From Deferribacterales bacterium (GTDB lineage Bacteria > Chrysiogenota > Deferribacteres > Deferribacterales > Geovibrionaceae): DNA of 64,000 nucleotides. Positions 29,897 to 39,467 of the stretch are shown one piece after another (positions within the stretch are counted from its first letter, which is position 1; each line of letters begins with the position of its first letter). The notes under the pieces were generated by a model that saw only the letters and a list, made by a program, of their open reading frames with translations, had not been told where the DNA came from and ran no database searches. The DNA lies in assembly GCA_050253075.1 (NCBI GenBank), contig JBFWJS010000001.1, forward strand, positions 256,001 to 320,000, read 5' to 3'. The position numbers were made by a program, and so were the translations under genes.

Positions 29897-29997
29897 TGTC
29901 AGCATTACTTCTTTAAAGTGTTAAAGTATTGTCATATAACTCCTTATTTTGCTCTTATCTGAATATTATTTAACAAAACCTCAACCGTTGTCTGACA
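29897..29997. promoter_or_regulatory. Divergent Pho-box-like arrays
   Basis: Plus strand TGTCAG 29897, TGTTAA 29919, TGTCAT 29930; minus strand TGTCAG 29997, TGTTAA 29975; spacing on each strand in multiples of 11 bp. Confidence 0.55.
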
Positions 29998-30043
29998 ACC
30001 CGTATCTATATTTTGAAAAAGGTACATTTATTATGAGGTAAAT

Positions 30044-30922
30044 ATGACTGCAGTCAGAAAGAAACTCGTTCCGAAAAAGGTCAAGAGAGCCGCAAAGGCA
30101 CTCAGCAACATTTCAAAGACTTTCCGTTTCCGCATCAGGACATACCGCCCGAATGTAAAAATATATGAGGAGAACAGCCGATTCATCATCAAAACCGTGG
30201 AAAACGGCTCCGAGCTGATGGATGTGCTGAAGCTCCGCTATGAGGTCTTTTACAGCGAATATGTCGGCGAAGTTTCCGACGACGGAGTTTCAGGCATCGA
30301 TGTGGATAAGTTCGACATTCTTTTCGACCACCTCGCCATAATAGATAAAAAGACAGGCAAGCCCGTGGGTACATACAGGCTGAACTGCACCAGATTCAAC
30401 GAGAAGTTCTACTCCGCCAAAGAATTCAAGATGAAGAGTATACAAGAGCTCGAAGGCCATAAGATAGAGCTGGGGCGTGCGTGCGTACACCCCGACTTTC
30501 GCAACGGCATGACGATAACAGCCCTGTGGAAGGGACTCGGTGCATATATGAAGGCAACAGACAGCAGATACATGTTCGGCTGTTCCTCCATCCACGCTGA
30601 GGATTCTTTTCAGGTGGCGCTGATCCACCACTGGCTGAACGAATACATGGACACAGAGCACGACAGCATACGCCCGAAGAAGAAGTTCAGAGACGCAAGG
30701 CTCGAGCCGACTCTGGTGAAAACATCCGAAGAACGCTTCGCACCTTTCCGTGAGGCAGCGGGCAGTCTGGTTCCTCCGCTCCTCCTCTCATACCTGAAAG
30801 CGGGCGGGTCGGTATGCGGAATGCCTGCACAGGACAAGGCTTTCAGATGCTACGACTATCTCACCCTCCTCGATAGGGAAAAGATGGACAAAGGCTTTGT
30901 AAGGAAATTTTTAGGTAAATAA
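30044..30922 (+). CDS. GNAT N-acyltransferase, ornithine-lipid OlsB-like
   Basis: LRYEVF, DVDKFD..FDHL, VGTYRL, ELGRACVHPDFR, MFGCSS, PPLL.SYL..G. Confidence 0.88.
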   Translation: MTAVRKKLVPKKVKRAAKALSNISKTFRFRIRTYRPNVKIYEENSRFIIKTVENGSELMDVLKLRYEVFYSEYVGEVSDDGVSGIDVDKFDILFDHLAIIDKKTGKPVGTYRLNCTRFNEKFYSAKEFKMKSIQELEGHKIELGRACVHPDFRNGMTITALWKGLGAYMKATDSRYMFGCSSIHAEDSFQVALIHHWLNEYMDTEHDSIRPKKKFRDARLEPTLVKTSEERFAPFREAAGSLVPPLLLSYLKAGGSVCGMPAQDKAFRCYDYLTLLDREKMDKGFVRKFLGK

Positions 30923-31687
30923 ATGCTCCGTATACTGAAACTGACCGTCACCGTCTTTCTGCTCTCGGTATATATCATCGGCGCAATGATACTTCGCTTT
31001 TACGCCGTGACAGAGGTTAATAAACGCCGTGTCGGTGCATGGTGGACGACAAAGCTGTGCCGTCTGGGCATCAGAGTCTTCGGCATCAGCGTAGAAAGGA
31101 AGAATACAGAATACCTCGAACCAACAGGGAAGATCATCATATCAAACCACATGTCCTATCTGGACATTATAATCTATGCATCCATCAGACCGTCCGTCTT
31201 CATCTCATCCGTGGAAATGCAGAAGACGCCTTTCCTCGGCTTCATCGCCACCCTCGGCGGGACATTTTTCGTCGAACGCCGTGACCCTAAGCTGATAAAG
31301 CTGGAGATAGGCAAGATGGCAGAGCTGGTGAACGAAGGATTCAATGTATACCTCTTTCCCGAGGGGACATCCACCGACGGCTCACAGATACTCCCCTTCC
31401 GCTCGTCGCTGCTGGCGGCTGCATCGGGAGCGAATGTTGAGGTAGTTCCCGCATGTATCAGATATAAGACGATAGACGGAGCAGAATTTTCCGCCAAAAA
31501 CTGCGACTATGTGTGCTGGTACGGCGACATGAGCTTTGCCCCGCACCTGTGGAACTTCCTCAGCACCGACTGCATAGAGGCAAAGGCGGCTTTCTTCCAC
31601 CCGATACACTCCGCCACTGCAAACAGGAAAGAGATAACACAGCTGGCGCATCAGCTCATCACGGAGGAGTACTTCACCGCTGCCTGA
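30923..31687 (+). CDS. Lysolipid O-acyltransferase (PlsC/OlsA family)
   Basis: SNHMSYLD, FVER, FPEGTSTDG, CWYGDM. Confidence 0.9.
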   Translation: MLRILKLTVTVFLLSVYIIGAMILRFYAVTEVNKRRVGAWWTTKLCRLGIRVFGISVERKNTEYLEPTGKIIISNHMSYLDIIIYASIRPSVFISSVEMQKTPFLGFIATLGGTFFVERRDPKLIKLEIGKMAELVNEGFNVYLFPEGTSTDGSQILPFRSSLLAAASGANVEVVPACIRYKTIDGAEFSAKNCDYVCWYGDMSFAPHLWNFLSTDCIEAKAAFFHPIHSATANRKEITQLAHQLITEEYFTAA

Positions 31688-31773
31688 TATTTTGTCCATA
31701 GCCAAAGAATAAAAGTCTTTTGTTAACCCTTCCGATTGTATAGAATACCCTATAACTTATTCGGAGGCAGACT

Positions 31774-32142
31774 ATGTCTATGACAGATCAAACAATCGTT
31801 ATCCACCTCAGTTCCGATGATCCTTTTAAGGCGGGGAAGGCCATCAGATTCGCTAAGAAATCACTCGACCACGCAGAGCACTCTGTGATATACCTCTCTG
31901 CTCACGGTGTTAAAGTAGTGCAGAGATCCTCCGAGGGATTCACTATCCCCGGCACAGATATAAACTCGCTGGACGCCATCCGTGAATTCCTGAAAGACGG
32001 CGGACAGATATACGCAGGCAGAGACTGTCTTAAGATTTTTAAAATACCGCCGACTGATATAATAGCCGGATGTGAGCAGGCAGAGCCTGAGATCACCTTT
32101 AAGTACCTTATGGCTGACAATACTAAAATGATATCCTGGTAA
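31774..32142 (+). CDS. DsrE family protein
   Basis: IYLSAHGV, FLKDGGQIY, C-terminal MISW; size fits. Confidence 0.65.
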   Translation: MSMTDQTIVIHLSSDDPFKAGKAIRFAKKSLDHAEHSVIYLSAHGVKVVQRSSEGFTIPGTDINSLDAIREFLKDGGQIYAGRDCLKIFKIPPTDIIAGCEQAEPEITFKYLMADNTKMISW

Positions 32143-32143
32143 G

Positions 32144-33433
32144 ATGCCCCCTAGAAAAACAAACGGACCACGCAAAACTACAGCTAGAAAACCTGCGGCG
32201 AAACGACCTGCGTCGAAAAAACCGACCCGCAGATCAAATAAGAAGAAAGCGGACCATAAACTGCCTATCACGACGCTTCTGGCGGTGATACCTATTATAC
32301 TTCTGACCGCTTTTGTCATACTCCGCTTTTCAGGAAGCGATACTCCTCCGCCCGTACCGCAGAAACAGGCGGAAATGCCTATCCCGCAGGTACAGCAGCC
32401 CATACAGCAGACCGTCGTGAAAGAGGTTCAGGCAAAGAACGTGCTGAACACCGTGAAGCTATTCATGTTTGACAACTCTATCAAAAATGAGAACCTGCAC
32501 ATAAACGGCAGCAGCATCGTCATAGAGACCACATCAGAATCTCTGGCGGATAAGCTGACCGCACTGCTGAAAAAGTATCTGCAGAACAACAGCATAACAG
32601 TCGACGGAGAGGATGTTCTCACCGCTGAGGACAGCAAGGGGATATACAACATATCCTTTAACGCTCCGAAGCCCGCAGTGAAGAAAGAGCCCGTAAAACA
32701 GGCAGAGAAGCCGAAGCCTGCGCCGTCTGTGAAAAAGACATTTAAAGCAAAACTCGCCGTAGTGATAGACGACTGCGGATACAGCATACCGCTGGCGAAG
32801 GAGCTCGCAGCGGTAAAATACCCGGTGACATTCGCCGTTATACCATTTACCCCATACGGAAAGGAGACAGCCGTCCTAGCCAAAAAAGCGGGCAAGACGC
32901 TCTTCCTCCATTTCCCTATGCAGCCGAAGTCTTACCCTAAGTTTGACCCCGGTAAGGGAGCTCTATTCCTGAACATGCCTCAGACGGTGATAGCCGCCGT
33001 TACCAAGGCAAACTTCGAGTGGTTCCCCGTGAAGCTCGACGGGACAAACAACCACACAGGCTCCGCCTTTACCGAAAGCAGGGAAAAGATGTCTCAGGCA
33101 TTGAACGAGATAAAGAAGTACACCGACACATATCTGGACAGCTACACATCAGGCAGCTCTGTCGCATACGATGTTTGTCAGCAGAAAGGGATGGAATGCG
33201 GTGTGAACAATATATTTCTGGATAATGAAGAGCCCGGCCTTGTGACTGTGACAGATAAGCAGAACCACGTGCATGACCAGCTCATCTCAGCGGCAAAGCG
33301 TGCGCTGAAGAATAAGCATGCCATAGCCATAGGACATCTTAGAAATGCTACCGTGTCTGTTCTGGACAAGACATTTGCCCAGATAGAAGAGATGGGTGTC
33401 AAGATAGTGCCTGTTCAGGAGCTGATGGACTAG
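32144..33433 (+). CDS. Divergent polysaccharide deacetylase (YibQ family), membrane anchored
   Basis: AVVIDDCG, LHFPMQP, NNHTGS, LDSYT, FLDN, AIGH. Confidence 0.9.
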   Translation: MPPRKTNGPRKTTARKPAAKRPASKKPTRRSNKKKADHKLPITTLLAVIPIILLTAFVILRFSGSDTPPPVPQKQAEMPIPQVQQPIQQTVVKEVQAKNVLNTVKLFMFDNSIKNENLHINGSSIVIETTSESLADKLTALLKKYLQNNSITVDGEDVLTAEDSKGIYNISFNAPKPAVKKEPVKQAEKPKPAPSVKKTFKAKLAVVIDDCGYSIPLAKELAAVKYPVTFAVIPFTPYGKETAVLAKKAGKTLFLHFPMQPKSYPKFDPGKGALFLNMPQTVIAAVTKANFEWFPVKLDGTNNHTGSAFTESREKMSQALNEIKKYTDTYLDSYTSGSSVAYDVCQQKGMECGVNNIFLDNEEPGLVTVTDKQNHVHDQLISAAKRALKNKHAIAIGHLRNATVSVLDKTFAQIEEMGVKIVPVQELMD

Positions 33434-33867
33434 TCCTTCTTCCCCTGACATTTCGGGCAGGTTCCGTAGAGGTTCATGGAGTGATCCACGAGCTTATACC
33501 CGTATTTGTCGGCGATGTACTGCTGGAGCTTCTCTATATCTTCTGAAAAGAATTCGACATTTTCCCCGCATTTTACACATACGAGGTGGTCGTGGTGTTC
33601 TTCGCCCGTGTCATATTCATAGCGGATAGACCCCTCGCCGAAATTAAGCTCTCTGGCGATGCCTGCCTCGGTGAGCAGTTTCAGAGTGCGATACACTGTG
33701 GCGTGCCCGATGGTCTTATCTGTTTTTTTGAGTATTTCGTATAGCTGTTCAGCCGTGACATGCTTCTTCTGTTTGCAGAGTGTTTTGAGTATCAGTTCAC
33801 GCTGAGATGTCATCCTCAGTTTCTGTTTGCCGAGATATTCGGTAAAAATCTTTTGTATATCTTTCAC
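33430..33867 (-). CDS. fur: Ferric uptake regulator
   Basis: ATVYRTL, HHDHLVCVKCG, GTCPKC. Confidence 0.93.
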   Translation of the reverse strand: MKDIQKIFTEYLGKQKLRMTSQRELILKTLCKQKKHVTAEQLYEILKKTDKTIGHATVYRTLKLLTEAGIARELNFGEGSIRYEYDTGEEHHDHLVCVKCGENVEFFSEDIEKLQQYIADKYGYKLVDHSMNLYGTCPKCQGKKD

Positions 33868-34058
33868 GATCCGCTCTCCGATATGTCAGTTTGCTTAATA
33901 AAGCATAGCTGTATAATACATTTTTTTCCATATTAAATTTGTTCACTATCGCCTTATTAATAGTTTATTAATATTAATAAACATTAAAGCTGACAGGACA
34001 ATAAGTTGCCTCACCATATATTTTAACAATCATCAATATATGCACGCATTCAAACTTT

Positions 34059-34077
34059 GATATTGATAACAAGTTTC
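34059..34077 (+). promoter_or_regulatory. Fur box upstream of feoA
   Basis: GATATTGATAACAAGTTTC, 14/19 to GATAATGATAATCATTATC. Confidence 0.65.
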
Positions 34078-34114
34078 ACTATACCTATAATGTAGCCTAA
34101 AGGAAGTGTAATAT

Positions 34115-34471
34115 ATGCAGGAAATTTGCTGTGAAACACCTGTGAACCTCTGCGACAAAGTCATGACAATGGCTATGCTGGAGCCGGGCAGCAAAGGTGT
34201 TATTAAAAGCTTCATTATGAATTGCGAAGACAGCCAGTCATGCCGTTTTGTACGCAGGCTGAAAGAGATCGGTCTGCATACGGGTGCGCGCTTTGAGATA
34301 CTGAAGAACTCGGGCACGGGCGAGCTCTCCGTCTCATGCGAGGGGACAACACTTGCTCTGGGCAGGGGCATGGCGGACAAGATAAACGTCGAGGTCTCCA
34401 GCGGGACAGTTTCGGGCAACACCATGTTCAGCAAATTCTGCCGTAAATTCGGCATAAAATGCCAGCCATAA
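34115..34471 (+). CDS. feoA: FeoA family protein
   Basis: RRLKEIGLHTG, LALGRGMADKI. Confidence 0.85.
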   Translation: MQEICCETPVNLCDKVMTMAMLEPGSKGVIKSFIMNCEDSQSCRFVRRLKEIGLHTGARFEILKNSGTGELSVSCEGTTLALGRGMADKINVEVSSGTVSGNTMFSKFCRKFGIKCQP

Positions 34472-34509
34472 TCCTTTACTATCACTCTCTATTATAATAT
34501 CATCCAACT

Positions 34510-35967
34510 ATGAAGAATATAGCTCTGCTGCTATTTGCGGCTATCACATCGTCTGTGCTGATGACAGCGGCATCCCCGGGGTATGACCAATGGTACGCCG
34601 CATACTTTGCACTGGTGCCTGTGCTCATCGCCATACCTCTCACGGGATTCGGTTTCCTCACCGGGTGGCTCTACGGCACACTTTATTTCCTTTTGAACAT
34701 TCACTGGGTTGTAAATGCCGTTTCAGATTTCGGCAATTCGCCTTTTTTCGTCGGTGTTCTGATTGCCGTTGCATTTTCAATGGGGCTCGGACTCTTCTGG
34801 GGTGTTTTCGGATATCTGTATAAGAAGAAGCACAAGGCTGGATTCCTCATGGCGGGCGTGGTAGTAGCCCTAGAGGTTGCTCGCTCGACACTGCTCACGG
34901 GCTTCCCCATGCTGAACCTCTCACACACCCAATACACATTCCTCCCTGCTATACAGATAGCAGAGGTGGCGGGCAGCTACGGCATATCACTCATAATAGC
35001 CTATATGAACCTGTCCATAGCATCTCTGATAACTAATAAGAATAAACAGTCGATACTCTTTGCCCTGCTGCTGACGGCGGCGTCTATCATATACGGATTT
35101 TCCGTACAGGGGCGCACATACGCAGGCACGGACATAAACGTAAGCATAATACAGCCCGCATACTCGCAGGCGGATAAATGGATACCCGAAAAGAAATACG
35201 ACATAATGTCAGACGTGAACACCATGCTCCGTGCTGTCGACCTCGAAAAGCACGACATGGTCATCCTGCCCGAGACAGTTTATCCCGCTTTCCTCAACCC
35301 TAGCTTTGCGGGGTATCACATGCTCTCCATAGCCGGGGAAAAGGTGCCTGTTATCGCAGGGGGCATACGCTTCATCGAAAATGACGGGAAGCGCACTTAT
35401 AAAAACAGCGTGTTCATGTTCGACGGAGAAAATGTTTCAACATATGACAAGATACACCTCGTACCATTCGGTGAATACTTCCCTCTGAAAAACATCTTTA
35501 AGCCGATAGACTATTACTTCTTTAAAGGTGCGGAGGACTTTGCCCCGGGCGACGGCGCATCAGTATTTGTGAATGAAAAGTTTACCGCCGCTCCTATGGT
35601 ATGCTATGAGAGCATGTACAGCGACCTTGTGCGTGATCAGGTCATGCTGGGGGCGGATGTTGTCACCGTGGTCACAAATGACAGCTGGTTCGGCGATTCG
35701 AAAGGACCGTATCAGCATCTGGCGACGGATGTACTGCGTGCGGTTGAATTCCGCAAGCCTGTGCTGAGAGCTGCCCAGTCGGGCATATCCGCATGTATCA
35801 CTCCTAGCGGAGAGGTGACGGACACACTAGGCACCGGCGTGAAAGGCACGCTCGAGTGCAGCGTCACAACCCACAAGGGACTTACACTGTTTGCAACGGG
35901 AGGATACGGTTGGTTAGCTGTTTTTCTCTTTGCAGCGTGGTATTTCAGCAGAAGAAAGGGTCTGTGA
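34510..35967 (+). CDS. lnt: Apolipoprotein N-acyltransferase
   Basis: LPE, YDKIHLVPFGEY, VCYE, TNDSWF. Confidence 0.95.
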   Translation: MKNIALLLFAAITSSVLMTAASPGYDQWYAAYFALVPVLIAIPLTGFGFLTGWLYGTLYFLLNIHWVVNAVSDFGNSPFFVGVLIAVAFSMGLGLFWGVFGYLYKKKHKAGFLMAGVVVALEVARSTLLTGFPMLNLSHTQYTFLPAIQIAEVAGSYGISLIIAYMNLSIASLITNKNKQSILFALLLTAASIIYGFSVQGRTYAGTDINVSIIQPAYSQADKWIPEKKYDIMSDVNTMLRAVDLEKHDMVILPETVYPAFLNPSFAGYHMLSIAGEKVPVIAGGIRFIENDGKRTYKNSVFMFDGENVSTYDKIHLVPFGEYFPLKNIFKPIDYYFFKGAEDFAPGDGASVFVNEKFTAAPMVCYESMYSDLVRDQVMLGADVVTVVTNDSWFGDSKGPYQHLATDVLRAVEFRKPVLRAAQSGISACITPSGEVTDTLGTGVKGTLECSVTTHKGLTLFATGGYGWLAVFLFAAWYFSRRKGL

Positions 35968-36035
35968 TAAATTCTTATTGAATTATTACTGGATTGAATA
36001 TATTTAAGTAAGACACTACGTTCCCGGAGGTAGCC

Positions 36036-36245
36036 ATGTTTGGTCTTGGATCACAGGAAATCATTATAATTCTCCTCATCGCTGTCGTTCTTTTTGGTGC
36101 GGGTAAACTCCCACAAATCGGCGAAGGCATGGGCAAAGCTATCAAAAACTTCAAAAAAGCAGCTAAAGACGCTGACGAAGCTGTTGATATCACACCTGAG
36201 GAAGATAAAAAGAAGATTTCCGAGAGTAACGATAAAGAGGCGTAA
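36036..36245 (+). CDS. tatA: Twin-arginine translocase TatA
   Basis: LFGAGKLP..G..MGKAIKNFKK; GGAGG SD. Confidence 0.95.
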   Translation: MFGLGSQEIIIILLIAVVLFGAGKLPQIGEGMGKAIKNFKKAAKDADEAVDITPEEDKKKISESNDKEA

Positions 36246-36287
36246 GCCGATATCATGCAAGGCGGGACAGAGGCGGCGGCGCATGTT

Positions 36288-36932
36288 ATGCACCCCGCTT
36301 TCAGACTGATACTTTTCCTCTCCGTCATACAATCGGCGGCAGTCACGCAGAGTTTCAGGTCTCTCGCTGTATTCTGTATCATTCTTTTATTTGCGACATT
36401 CTATTTTAAAACAGATATAAATACCCTTATAAATAAATCTAAACCATTTATACTGATACTCGTTTTCACATTTTTGATAAACCTTGCCTTTGGCTCGGGG
36501 CTTACTCTTTCGTCTGTCCTGACGTTAAGGTTCCTGCTTATCATACTGTTTTCCATCCTTTTAACTGCATCTACGGATCCGCAGGTGCTGATAGCTGTAT
36601 TACTGTATCCATTCAGAGGCAGATTCGGCAAAAACCTCAAGATCGTCCTTATGGTAGCGATGGAATTCATCCCTTATTTCATCGAAAAGGCGAAAAATAC
36701 CGTTAAAAACATCAAAGAGATGCCCGAATTCCACGGGCAGGCATATAAAGCAATTCTGAAGCCGGAGCTGTACATCCGCCCTATCACAGAGGGGATGTAT
36801 GAGATGGCATCCGATGTCGCAGACGGAGTGGCAGAGGGGAAGTACGACACCCCTGCCCTACCTAGGATAAAGCCCTTTGAAATACTGCTGTCGCTGACAG
36901 CCGTGGCGTTTGCGGTGATCTATGCTTTATAA
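36288..36932 (+). CDS. ECF transporter T-component-like (CbiQ family) membrane protein
   Basis: Hydrophobic, LTASTDP, MEFIP; position before truA; start uncertain. Confidence 0.6.
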   Translation: MHPAFRLILFLSVIQSAAVTQSFRSLAVFCIILLFATFYFKTDINTLINKSKPFILILVFTFLINLAFGSGLTLSSVLTLRFLLIILFSILLTASTDPQVLIAVLLYPFRGRFGKNLKIVLMVAMEFIPYFIEKAKNTVKNIKEMPEFHGQAYKAILKPELYIRPITEGMYEMASDVADGVAEGKYDTPALPRIKPFEILLSLTAVAFAVIYAL

Positions 36933-37662
36933 CAAGAAGCTGACGATAGAATATATCGGTACGGATTTCGCAGGGTGGCAGGTTCAGCCGAACGGACGCA
37001 CCGTACAGGAAGAGCTGCATAAGGCTCTCAGCAGAATGTATAAGACAAAGGTGACATGCATAGGCTCAGGGCGCACCGACAGCGGCGTACATGCTCTGGG
37101 GCAGGTGGCAAACTACCGCACGGACAGATACATCCCGCCGGAGAACGTCCACATGGGGCTGAACAGCATGCTCCCCGACGATGTCTCGATAGTCTCCGTA
37201 GAGGATGTGCCCGAGGAATTCCACGCACAGATGAGCGCAGTGAGCAAGACATATCTGTACAGGATATTCGCATCAAGGGTACGCTCTGCTATGTATGCGG
37301 GGCGAACATGGTGGGTTAAGGACACTCTGGACCATCGGCTGATAGGTGAATACCTGAAGCTGTTCGAAGGCGAGCACGACTTCACATCTTTCTGCGTGCA
37401 GACCAGCCTGAGGGAAAATAATGTCCGCACCATAAACACCACAAGGTGCTACATGGACGGCGATATCATAAACATAGAGATAAACGGAAGCGGATTCCTG
37501 CACAACATGGTGCGCATCATAACGGGCACACTGGTGGAAGCAGTCCGCAAAGACCTGGGCAGTGAATACATCATAGAAGCTCTGGAAGGGAAAGACCGTG
37601 AAAAAGCAGGCCCCACGGCGCATGCCGCAGGGCTCTACCTACAGAAGGTTTATTATGTATGA
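36922..37662 (+). CDS. truA: tRNA pseudouridine(38-40) synthase
   Basis: GWQVQ, GRTDSGVHA, FLHNMVRI. Confidence 0.97.
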   Translation: MLYNKKLTIEYIGTDFAGWQVQPNGRTVQEELHKALSRMYKTKVTCIGSGRTDSGVHALGQVANYRTDRYIPPENVHMGLNSMLPDDVSIVSVEDVPEEFHAQMSAVSKTYLYRIFASRVRSAMYAGRTWWVKDTLDHRLIGEYLKLFEGEHDFTSFCVQTSLRENNVRTINTTRCYMDGDIINIEINGSGFLHNMVRIITGTLVEAVRKDLGSEYIIEALEGKDREKAGPTAHAAGLYLQKVYYV

Positions 37663-37690
37663 AACGGCTTTCGCCGTCTGGATTATATAG

Positions 37691-37924
37691 TTAGCCCTCG
37701 CATGGCTTGATGAAGATCTTTGTCTCCACATCGAGGTATTTTGCATACCAGTTAGCGAGCTCTGTCTCGTACCACTCAACATCTGCATCGTTCAGCTTAG
37801 CGTAAAGCTCGTCATGCTCTTTCTGTTTGTGGGCGAGTTCGTCTCTCTCGTCGAGCGTGAGCTGCTCGTATGCGTCTTTCATAGGGAGTATGTCTTTTCT
37901 AAGTTCTAAAACTCTCTCTTTCAT
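37691..37924 (-). CDS. Small acidic helical hypothetical protein (paralog B)
   Basis: GAGGAGG SD; similar to upstream neighbour. Confidence 0.8.
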   Translation of the reverse strand: MKERVLELRKDILPMKDAYEQLTLDERDELAHKQKEHDELYAKLNDADVEWYETELANWYAKYLDVETKIFIKPCEG

Positions 37925-37925
37925 A

Positions 37926-38162
37926 TCAGCCTCCTCTGGGTTTTATGAACATTTTTGTTTCCATATCGATGAGCTTGTCATACCATCCGGCGAAACCGGC
38001 GTAAAGCCAATTCTTCTCATCTTCGGAAAGTTGCGATTTTACTTCTTCAAATTCTGTCTCCAGCGATGCTAGCTCTGCTTCCTCTTCCCTTGTCAGGTCG
38101 TCTCCGCAGACATCCGCCAGATACACTTTTCTTTTAAGCAGTTTCAATGCATGTTCTTTCAT
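37926..38162 (-). CDS. Small acidic helical hypothetical protein (paralog A)
   Basis: GAGGA SD; shares WY.K..D.ETK.FIKP with downstream gene. Confidence 0.8.
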   Translation of the reverse strand: MKEHALKLLKRKVYLADVCGDDLTREEEAELASLETEFEEVKSQLSEDEKNWLYAGFAGWYDKLIDMETKMFIKPRGG

Positions 38163-38187
38163 GGACTGTCCTCTACTCTATAAAGAG

Positions 38188-38238
38188 ACAATAACACTCT
38201 CATTTCATTGTGTCAATATGAAAATGATAAATTTTATC
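38188..38238 (-). promoter_or_regulatory. Sigma70 promoter with adjacent Fur box
   Basis: Minus strand TTGACA-17bp-TATTGT with TG extension; GAAAATGATAAATTTTATC at 38220-38238, 15/19 to Fur consensus. Confidence 0.65.
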
Positions 38239-38396
38239 TTTATCCCCGCTTTTCCGCCCCGTCCGCCACTCGGGAATAATTATAAAATACAACCAACCTC
38301 CGTAAAAGATTTTAAATTGATATAACACTAAACTTTTTCTCCAAATAAGCACTCTATTGCTTGCCAGTGGGGGACTTCTTTGATATCTTAACTCTC

Positions 38397-39467
38397 ATGA
38401 AGAAACTGGAACCACACAGAATAAACATCGATAACATCGACAAAGAGATCCTCGACCTGCTCAACAGAAGGGCGAAAGAGGCCATGCACATCGGCGAGAT
38501 AAAAAAAGCCGAGGGACAGCCCCTTTACGTTCCGTCCAGAGAGAAAAAGATATTTGAAAGACTCACAAGTATAAACGACGGGCCATTCCCAAATGAGGCA
38601 TTGAAAGCCGTCTTCCGTGAGATAATATCCGCATCCCTCTCTCTGGAAGAGGTGCAGAAGGTCGGATATCTCGGTCCTGAAGGTACGTTCACAAACCTTG
38701 CCGCACTTAAGCAGTTCGGGCTTTCGGCTCAGCTGGTGCCTGTGCGCACCATCCCCGAGGTCTTCGACAATGTCGAAAGAGGCAGACTCGGCTTCGGCAT
38801 CGTCCCTGTTGAAAACTCGCTGGAGGGGGTCGTAAACCACACTCTCGACACTTTCGTCACCAGCAACCTGAAGATAAGCGGTGAGATATTCCTCGAGGTT
38901 TCGCATAACCTGATGAACAAATCCGGCGAGCTGTCGGACATCCAGCATATATACAGCCACACACAGGCGATAGGTCAGTGCCGTAAGTGGCTCTCCGAAA
39001 ACTGCCCGGGCATCCCAGTGCAGGAGGTGGACTCCACGGCGAAAGCTGCCGAGATGGCATCAAAGGACAGCTCCGCAGCAGCCATAGCCAGCGAGATGGC
39101 AGTGATGAGATATTCGCTCCGCTATGTGGAAAAGAGCATAGAGGACAACTCGAGCAACTACACCAGATTCCTCATTATTGGCGACTTTGAGCCCCTGCCC
39201 ACAGGCAATGACAAGACATCTCTCGTCTTCGCCGCTGCCCACCGTGCAGGCTCTCTTTACGAAGTGCTTTCCATTTTCGCTAAAAATAGTATAAATATGA
39301 CAAAGATAGAGTCCCGTCCCTCCCGACAGAAAGCCTGGGAATACGTATTTTTCGTAGATCTGGACGGGCATAAAGACGATGAACCGGTTAAAAAGGCTCT
39401 GAACGAGCTGATAGAGCACACGGCGTTTGTAAAAGTGCTCGGTTCATATCCTAAGGGGGAAAAATGA
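38397..39467 (+). CDS. pheA: Chorismate mutase/prephenate dehydratase
   Basis: IDNID..IL.LLNRR, LGPEGT, PVENS, NYTRF, IESRP. Confidence 0.96.
   Translation: MKKLEPHRINIDNIDKEILDLLNRRAKEAMHIGEIKKAEGQPLYVPSREKKIFERLTSINDGPFPNEALKAVFREIISASLSLEEVQKVGYLGPEGTFTNLAALKQFGLSAQLVPVRTIPEVFDNVERGRLGFGIVPVENSLEGVVNHTLDTFVTSNLKISGEIFLEVSHNLMNKSGELSDIQHIYSHTQAIGQCRKWLSENCPGIPVQEVDSTAKAAEMASKDSSAAAIASEMAVMRYSLRYVEKSIEDNSSNYTRFLIIGDFEPLPTGNDKTSLVFAAAHRAGSLYEVLSIFAKNSINMTKIESRPSRQKAWEYVFFVDLDGHKDDEPVKKALNELIEHTAFVKVLGSYPKGEK

Noticed and set aside
37926..37940. C-terminal GG as a ubiquitin-like or sulfur-carrier signal, or TGA as selenocysteine
   Set aside because: The GG codons are the SD of the next gene, the paralog ends CEG, and readthrough stops within a few codons
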